This document shows, one piece after another, positions 58,280-64,000 of a DNA stretch of 64,000 bases. The stretch comes from Oscillospiraceae bacterium (GTDB lineage: Bacteria > Bacillota > Clostridia > Oscillospirales > CAG-272), in assembly GCA_015063895.1 (NCBI GenBank), contig SVTG01000003.1:33253-97252 (forward strand), in the 5' to 3' direction. Positions within the stretch are counted from its first letter, which is position 1, and every line of letters begins with the position of its first letter. A program made the translations under genes and the position numbers. A model generated the notes under the pieces. It saw only the letters and a program-made list of their open reading frames with translations. It did not search any database and had not been told where the DNA came from.

Positions 58280-59461
58280 ATGAACGGCATTACCCTGAAT
58301 AAAACCGAGCTTGCCGCTTGGCGAAGCCTCATTGCAAGACCCGATACGAGCATGCAGCTGCTGACAGCCGCCCTATATCTTGTCTCGGCGCTGATGCTGC
58401 CGTTTGCTGCCCACGGTGTACCCGCTCTGATCTTCATCGGCAGCTGCGCGGTTCTTTACTATATGCAAACACGCACGTTGCGCGCGTTGCTTTTGCCTGG
58501 CGTTCCCATCGCACTTTTATTCCTGCTTTCGGGCTCCCTGCTGCTGCCCGCTGCCTTTTGTGCGGTGGTCTTCGGTGGCGTGGCGGGCGGCCTGCTGATC
58601 GCAACTGCCAAAGAAAAGGCACATCTGCCGCTGCTCCTTGTTCTGCCACCCGCGGCCTTTTTGATCGCATGGGCACTGGGTGCCACACCGGCACTTGCCG
58701 CGCTCACGCTTCTGCCCCTGCCCGTCGCACTTGCCGCAGGCCTTGCCGTGCGGCTGTGCAAGCCCTTTACCCCGTCGGTGGCCGCGATCGCCATCGCGCT
58801 GGGTGCCGCACTGCTTTTGGCAGGTACCGTTGCGCTGAAGGCGCTCGGCTTGCTTGACCCCGCGCTCCTGCCCGATCTGATCGGCACCTGCGCCGACACG
58901 ATGCTTGAGCTCCTGGCCGAGCAAAACAAGCTCTATGCAGAAGCAGGCCTTAGTGCCGCTCTCCCCTTGCCCGACCGTCGCGAGATCGTGAATATGTTCA
59001 CCGACCTTGCCTACATGGCCCCTGCGATCTTCGGCATCGCGTGCCTGGTCGTTGCCTATTTCGTCTGGCGCACGCTGTGCATCATGCTTACCGCCTTCGG
59101 CGCGCTGCCACGCGTGCCGCGCGTCTTTTCCACCCCGACGATGAGCGTGGGCGCCGCACTGCTCTTCCTACTCTCTTACCTCGTTACGCTGATCGCCAAT
59201 GCAAGCGAGATCACCCTGACGGGGATCGCTGCGCAAAACGTCGGTATGCTGCTTGAGCCCGGGCTTGCCCTGATCGGTGTCGGTGTACTCCTGCATCACG
59301 AGGGTGGACGCTCGTGCCTGTCTACCCTGCTTACGATCAGCATCGTTTATTTATTCTTCACCGCACCCTCGACCGCGCTTTCCCTTACTGCCCTGGTCGG
59401 TGCTGCGGTGGTATTGATCGCCGCCTACCAAGGCGCGAAAAAAAATAAAGGAGAACCGTAA
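58280..59461 (+). CDS. yybS: YybS-family (DUF2232) polytopic membrane protein
   Basis: Highly hydrophobic, 393 aa. It lies directly upstream of gdpP-rplI-dnaB, as in Bacillus. Confidence 0.7.
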   Translation: MNGITLNKTELAAWRSLIARPDTSMQLLTAALYLVSALMLPFAAHGVPALIFIGSCAVLYYMQTRTLRALLLPGVPIALLFLLSGSLLLPAAFCAVVFGGVAGGLLIATAKEKAHLPLLLVLPPAAFLIAWALGATPALAALTLLPLPVALAAGLAVRLCKPFTPSVAAIAIALGAALLLAGTVALKALGLLDPALLPDLIGTCADTMLELLAEQNKLYAEAGLSAALPLPDRREIVNMFTDLAYMAPAIFGIACLVVAYFVWRTLCIMLTAFGALPRVPRVFSTPTMSVGAALLFLLSYLVTLIANASEITLTGIAAQNVGMLLEPGLALIGVGVLLHHEGGRSCLSTLLTISIVYLFFTAPSTALSLTALVGAAVVLIAAYQGAKKNKGEP

Positions 59462-61641
59462 TGCAAAAACACTCGGAGTTCCGTCGTCGCACGGGCGTTA
59501 CCATTCCCATGCTTGTTCTTCTTGCACTTGGCCTGCTCTTTTTCGGCGTATATATCATCGCCTCGCGCAAGGCGGGCACAGGGCTCACCACGCACACCGC
59601 GCTGATCTTTCTTGGCACCTATGTCGCCTTCAGCCTGCTTGCCTGTCTGTTCTTTCTGCTGCGCGAGCACAAGGAGCGTAGTGAGGAAAACCTTTTTGAG
59701 ACGCTCAACACCAAGATGCACAACATGTTCAAATATGCCGTGGGGCTTCCCTATGCCATCACCGACGAGCAAGGACGTGTGCGCGTGCTGAACAGCGCGC
59801 TGCAAAACATTCTCGGTGCCGAGGATCCCTTCTGGCACGGCATGCTCCCCGATTTCTGCGGTGGCACGAGCCTGCAGGAGATCATTCGCACGGGCATCGG
59901 CGGCGAGGATCGCCGCACCGACCTCGGACGCCTGACGATGCACACCATCGCCATGCAGGCCGAAAACACCGCCATCCCCACCCAGACTCTGCCCGCCAGC
60001 AGCATCGACGGTACAGTCGTACCGCTGCCCGACGGAGGGCGCTACGTAGCGCGCGCTTACGCCGTGACCCTCAATGACAGCATCAGCTACCTCGTGACCT
60101 TTACGGACGTATCGGAGCTGCTTGACCTGCGCGAAAAAATGGAACGCGATATGCCTGCAGTTGCCTACATTGACGTCGACAACCTAGAGGAATTGACCCA
60201 GTACACCCACGCCAACTACCGCGATGCCTCGCGCAAGGTCGACGACGTGCTGATCACCTGGGCAGCCGACATGAACGGCTTTTTGCGCGAGTACGAGCGC
60301 GACCGTTATATCATGTTTTTCTCACAGGAGAAGCTCCGCCTTTGCGAGGAAGATAAATTCAGCACCCTGCTTGACCGCATTCGTGACATTCGTCTTGGTG
60401 AATACGGGATCCCCGTCACCGTCTCGATCGGTATTTCTCTTGACGACTGCTCCATGTCCGAGCGCGCCAAGGAAGCAAGCTCGGCACTGGATATGGCCCT
60501 GCAGCGCGGCGGTGACCAGGTGGCCGTGCGCCGTCGTGAGGGCATTCGCTATTACGGCGGTCAGACCCGTCCCTTCCAGCGCCGCTCGCGCGTGCAGTCC
60601 CGCGTGGTGGCAAGCTATCTGCTAACCAAAATTTCCGAGGCCGATAACCTGCTGATCATGGGGCACAGCAATCCCGATTTCGACTCGATCGGCTCTTGTG
60701 TGGGCATTGCCCAGCTCGGCTTGCTGGCAGGGATTCCCACCAAGATCATCATGGACCTCGATAACGCCAACTTCCGTGTGGCGACCGAGCGTCTGACGGG
60801 CTCCAAGATCTACAGCGATATGTTCATTTCGGGCCACAAGGGCCTTGATCTTATTCGCTCGGGCACGCTGCTGATCATCACCGACGCCAACAACCTGCGC
60901 ATCATCGAATCCCCCGAGGTTGCCGACAGCGTGCGCCAGGTGTCGGGCAAGATCGCTATCATTGACCACCACCGTCAAGCGGGCGAATACGATTTTGAGC
61001 CCGTCGTAAACTATATTGACCCCGGCGCCTCCTCTGCCACCGAGCTTGTGGCCGAGATGCTGGAGCAAAGCGAGACCGGCAACGACACGGCAGGCAAGCT
61101 GGTATCCGACGAGGTCGCCAGCGTCATGCTGTCGGGCATTATGCTTGACACCAACGGCTTCACACGCAATACAGGTAGCCGCACGCTTGACGCCGCACGC
61201 TATCTTTACAGCAACGGCGCCAACGCCGAATACGTGCACAGCTTCTTTAACCAGAACTACAACGATTACGTGTGTGAACGCAGCTTTTCGGGCTGTACGC
61301 TCATGCACGACAACACTGTGGGTCTTACGTGGAGCCAGGGCACCGGGCGCGGTGCCGATGACCGCGTTGCCGCCGCCAAGGAGGCCGACCGTCTGCTTGG
61401 TGTGAAGGGCGTTTGTGCCTCCTTCGCACTTGTCGTGGTCGACAACGTAGTACACATCTCGGGACGCTCCGACGGCTCGATCAACGTACAGCTTATTCTT
61501 GAAAAAATGGGTGGCGGCGGTCGCTTTGATTCCGCAGGCGCAGCGCTTGCCAACACCTCACTTGACGCTGCTGTGGAGGATCTGAAGAACGCCATTCGCA
61601 GCTACTTCGCCGAGGCCGACGAGGCCCATCGCGGCGCTTAA
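59461..61641 (+). CDS. gdpP: cyclic-di-AMP phosphodiesterase GdpP (TM-PAS-degenerate GGDEF-DHH/DHHA1)
   Basis: Two N-terminal TM helices, DHH motifs (GHSNPDFDSIGS, IIDHHR) and a DHHA1 GGGG motif. TAATG overlap with yybS. Confidence 0.85.
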   Translation: MQKHSEFRRRTGVTIPMLVLLALGLLFFGVYIIASRKAGTGLTTHTALIFLGTYVAFSLLACLFFLLREHKERSEENLFETLNTKMHNMFKYAVGLPYAITDEQGRVRVLNSALQNILGAEDPFWHGMLPDFCGGTSLQEIIRTGIGGEDRRTDLGRLTMHTIAMQAENTAIPTQTLPASSIDGTVVPLPDGGRYVARAYAVTLNDSISYLVTFTDVSELLDLREKMERDMPAVAYIDVDNLEELTQYTHANYRDASRKVDDVLITWAADMNGFLREYERDRYIMFFSQEKLRLCEEDKFSTLLDRIRDIRLGEYGIPVTVSIGISLDDCSMSERAKEASSALDMALQRGGDQVAVRRREGIRYYGGQTRPFQRRSRVQSRVVASYLLTKISEADNLLIMGHSNPDFDSIGSCVGIAQLGLLAGIPTKIIMDLDNANFRVATERLTGSKIYSDMFISGHKGLDLIRSGTLLIITDANNLRIIESPEVADSVRQVSGKIAIIDHHRQAGEYDFEPVVNYIDPGASSATELVAEMLEQSETGNDTAGKLVSDEVASVMLSGIMLDTNGFTRNTGSRTLDAARYLYSNGANAEYVHSFFNQNYNDYVCERSFSGCTLMHDNTVGLTWSQGTGRGADDRVAAAKEADRLLGVKGVCASFALVVVDNVVHISGRSDGSINVQLILEKMGGGGRFDSAGAALANTSLDAAVEDLKNAIRSYFAEADEAHRGA

Positions 61642-61679
61642 CCACACGGAAATCGAACACATAAGAAAGGAACAGTTTT

Positions 61680-62126
61680 ATGAAAGTTATTCTCACCGCC
61701 GACGTAAAGGGCCAGGGTAAAAAGGACCAGCTGATCGAGGTCTCCGACGGCTATGCACGCAACTTCCTTCTGCCGCGCAAGCTTGCCATTCAGGCAGACA
61801 ACCAATCGATGACCGAACTCAAAAACAAAGAGGCTGCCCGTCAGCATAAGATCGATACCGAGCGTGCCGCAGCCCGTGAAATTGCCAAAAAGCTGGAGAG
61901 CACCGTGGTAAAGATCAAGGTCGGTGCAGGCGCCGACGGCCGCCTTTACGGGTCTGTGACCTCTAAGGAAATTGCCGAAAAGCTTGAAAAAGAGCACGGG
62001 ATCACGGTAGATAAACGCAAGATCACGCTGAATGACCCCATCAAGGCCTACGGCACCTACGACCTTGACGTGCGCCTTTATACCGACGTTGCGGGTAAGA
62101 TCCACGTCGTCGTGACCGATCAATAA
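61680..62126 (+). CDS. rplI: 50S ribosomal protein L9
   Basis: Begins [32 protein letters not shown]. Confidence 0.95.
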   Translation: MKVILTADVKGQGKKDQLIEVSDGYARNFLLPRKLAIQADNQSMTELKNKEAARQHKIDTERAAAREIAKKLESTVVKIKVGAGADGRLYGSVTSKEIAEKLEKEHGITVDKRKITLNDPIKAYGTYDLDVRLYTDVAGKIHVVVTDQ

Positions 62127-62137
62127 GAGGATTTGAC

Positions 62138-63502
62138 ATGAACAACGAAGTAATGAAGCAAGAGGACGTGCTCGGCCGTAAGATGCCCTGCTCACTTTCT
62201 GCTGAGCGTGCATTGCTGGGCGCCATTCTCATTGACCCCAATGCCATCAACGATATCGCGGCAACGATCGGCGCCGATGATTTTTACGTGCAGGAGCACA
62301 AGCAGATCTACCTTGCTATGCGTGAGCTGTTTGACGCCAGCCAGGAGATCGACCCCGTTACTCTCATTGACTCACTGGTGCACAAAGGCGTTTACGAAAA
62401 AGCAGGGGGCGAGAGCTACATCCGCTCGCTGCTGGACGTCACCCCGAGCGCGATGAACGTGGCGGATTATGCGCGCATCGTCAAGGAAGAAAGCACGCGC
62501 CGCCGCATCATCGAGGTGTGCAGCGAGATCTCCGACCTCACCTACGGTGAGCAGGAGGGCGTTGCCCACGTGCTTGACCTCGCGCAAAGCCGCTTTACGG
62601 AGATCGCACAAGGGCGCGACTCGCGCTCCTTCCGTCATATCCGCGACGTGCTGCGCGACGTGCTGGAAAACCTGCACCGTCTGCAGATCGACAAAAACGC
62701 CAACAACGGCACGCCCACGGGCTTTTCGGGTGTTGATAAGCTGCTTGTCGGTATGGGTGACTCCGACCTCATTCTGGTCGGCGCGCGCCCCGGTATGGGT
62801 AAGACCGCTTTTGCGTTGAACGTAGCAACCAACGTTGCCCTCTCCTCGGGCAAAAAGGTTTGCCTGTTCTCGCTTGAGATGTCGGCCGAGCAGCTTGCCT
62901 CGCGTATGATCGCGAGCGAAGCGTTGGTCGACAGCTACAGCCTGCGCACAGGGCAGCTACAGCCCGAGGACTGGAAAAATATTGCCGATGCCTCCATGCG
63001 CCTTTCGGCCACCGATATTTTAATTGACGACACCTCCGGTATTACCGTCACCGCCATGAAGGCCAAGCTGCGCCGCGTTGAAAACCTGGGCCTTGTCGTT
63101 GTCGACTATCTGGGCCTTATGGAAAGCGAGCAGCATTATGACAACCGCGCACTCGAGGTCAGCGTGATCTCGCGCGGACTGAAATTAATGGCCAAGGAGC
63201 TGCGCGTGCCGATCCTGTGCTGCGCCCAGCTGAACCGTGGCGCCGAGGGGCGCACCGACAAGCGTCCGCAGCTCTCCGACCTGCGTGACTCGGGTGCGAT
63301 CGAGCAGGACGCCGACGTGGTTATGTTCCTTTACCGTGACGAATACTATAATTCCTCGCGCGATCCCGACCAGAAGGAGGGCAACATTGCCGAGGTCATT
63401 ATCCAGAAAAACCGCCACGGCTCCACCGGCAACGTAAAGATGGGCTGGCTTGGCACCTACACCAAGTTCCGCACCATCGACACCGACCGCGAAGAACCGT
63501 AA
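62138..63502 (+). CDS. dnaB: replicative DNA helicase
   Basis: Walker A GARPGMGKTAF, LSDLRDSGAIEQDAD and a C-terminal QKNRHG. Confidence 0.95.
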   Translation: MNNEVMKQEDVLGRKMPCSLSAERALLGAILIDPNAINDIAATIGADDFYVQEHKQIYLAMRELFDASQEIDPVTLIDSLVHKGVYEKAGGESYIRSLLDVTPSAMNVADYARIVKEESTRRRIIEVCSEISDLTYGEQEGVAHVLDLAQSRFTEIAQGRDSRSFRHIRDVLRDVLENLHRLQIDKNANNGTPTGFSGVDKLLVGMGDSDLILVGARPGMGKTAFALNVATNVALSSGKKVCLFSLEMSAEQLASRMIASEALVDSYSLRTGQLQPEDWKNIADASMRLSATDILIDDTSGITVTAMKAKLRRVENLGLVVVDYLGLMESEQHYDNRALEVSVISRGLKLMAKELRVPILCCAQLNRGAEGRTDKRPQLSDLRDSGAIEQDADVVMFLYRDEYYNSSRDPDQKEGNIAEVIIQKNRHGSTGNVKMGWLGTYTKFRTIDTDREEP

Positions 63503-64000
63503 TGACGATGAAAAAGCAAGCAAGCACCCCCGACGTGCTTGATCCGCTGTCGGCAGCAGGATACCCTGTGGGGACGCCTATGGCCGTGGCGCTCTCAGGC
63601 GGCGCCGATTCCGTCGCGCTGCTGCATCTGATGCGCGCCTACCCCGGGCTGATTGCCGTGCACGTGCATCACGGGATCCGCGCCGACGAGGCCGACCGCG
63701 ACGCCGACTTTTGCCGTGCACTTTGCAGCAAGCTGCAGATCCCCTTTTATTTGTTGCATATCGATGCCCCTGCCGTGGCAAAACAAACGAACGAAAGCCT
63801 TGAAACCGCCGCGCGCGAAGCGCGCTACGGGGTGATCAGCGCCCTGATGCGCGAAAAAGGCATTCCCGTGCTGCTGACAGCCCATCACGCCGACGACCAG
63901 CTGGAAACCATGCTACAGCATCTCTTGCGCGGTAGCGGTACACGTGGGCTTTGCGGCATTCCCGTCTGCCGTCCTCTCGGTGAGGGGCAGGTGGTGGTGC
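63502..64000 (+). CDS. tilS: tRNA(Ile)-lysidine synthetase, 5' partial (runs off the window)
   Basis: Open frame from the ATG at 63502 (TAATG overlap with dnaB) to the window end. Carries a PP-loop ALSGGADS and an HHADDQLET motif. It is absent from the ORF track because no stop is reached. Confidence 0.8.
   Translation, partial: MTMKKQASTPDVLDPLSAAGYPVGTPMAVALSGGADSVALLHLMRAYPGLIAVHVHHGIRADEADRDADFCRALCSKLQIPFYLLHIDAPAVAKQTNESLETAAREARYGVISALMREKGIPVLLTAHHADDQLETMLQHLLRGSGTRGLCGIPVCRPLGEGQVVV

Overview
This 64-kb window looks like core chromosome from a fairly high-GC, Clostridia-type Firmicute. That placement rests on gene content (spoVG, yaaT/PSP1, a SCIFF locus, glgCD, yybS-gdpP-rplI-dnaB) and on Firmicute-style RBS and SigA promoters, not on any search. 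Coding density is high.

Main blocks:
- Housekeeping genes: aroK, spoVG, murC, hslO.
- A tRNA-Asp/Phe/Gly operon.
- An MFS transporter and a serine hydrolase.
- An AraC-linked galacturonate cluster: GH4, uxaB, uxaA, uxaC.
- A lepA-hemW-pepP-phosphoesterase operon.
- A cluster of small redox genes, then cls and trxAB.
- The conserved SCIFF ranthipeptide precursor with its radical-SAM maturase.
- A long glycogen operon: glgB-C-D-A-P plus a GH13 enzyme.
- holB-yaaT-fdx-yabB-rsmI-asd.
- The rimP-nusA-ylxR-ylxQ-infB operon.
- yybS-gdpP-rplI-dnaB-tilS.

I found no IS element, prophage, CRISPR array, or recognisable defence or toxin system, and no convincing novel multi-gene system.

The features most worth a second look are non-coding or very small:
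1. A tandem 195-bp unit after tRNA-Gly. It carries two 104-nt modules that fold into the same four-helix shape, with one hairpin differing completely in sequence but not in structure. A tRNA-derived 9-11-mer recurs at exact 195-bp spacing.
2. An unannotated 29-codon Cys-rich membrane peptide.
3. A 15-bp tandem array that fills a convergent intergenic gap and duplicates a gene's last codons and stop.
4. An uncharacterised 114-aa ORF wedged between the glycogen operon and SCIFF.
5. A roughly 210-residue basic extension on the PSP1/RicT homologue.

Product calls come from motif and family recognition by eye. No database or HMM search was run. Many long ORFs in the track lie antisense to real genes and are treated as high-GC artefacts.
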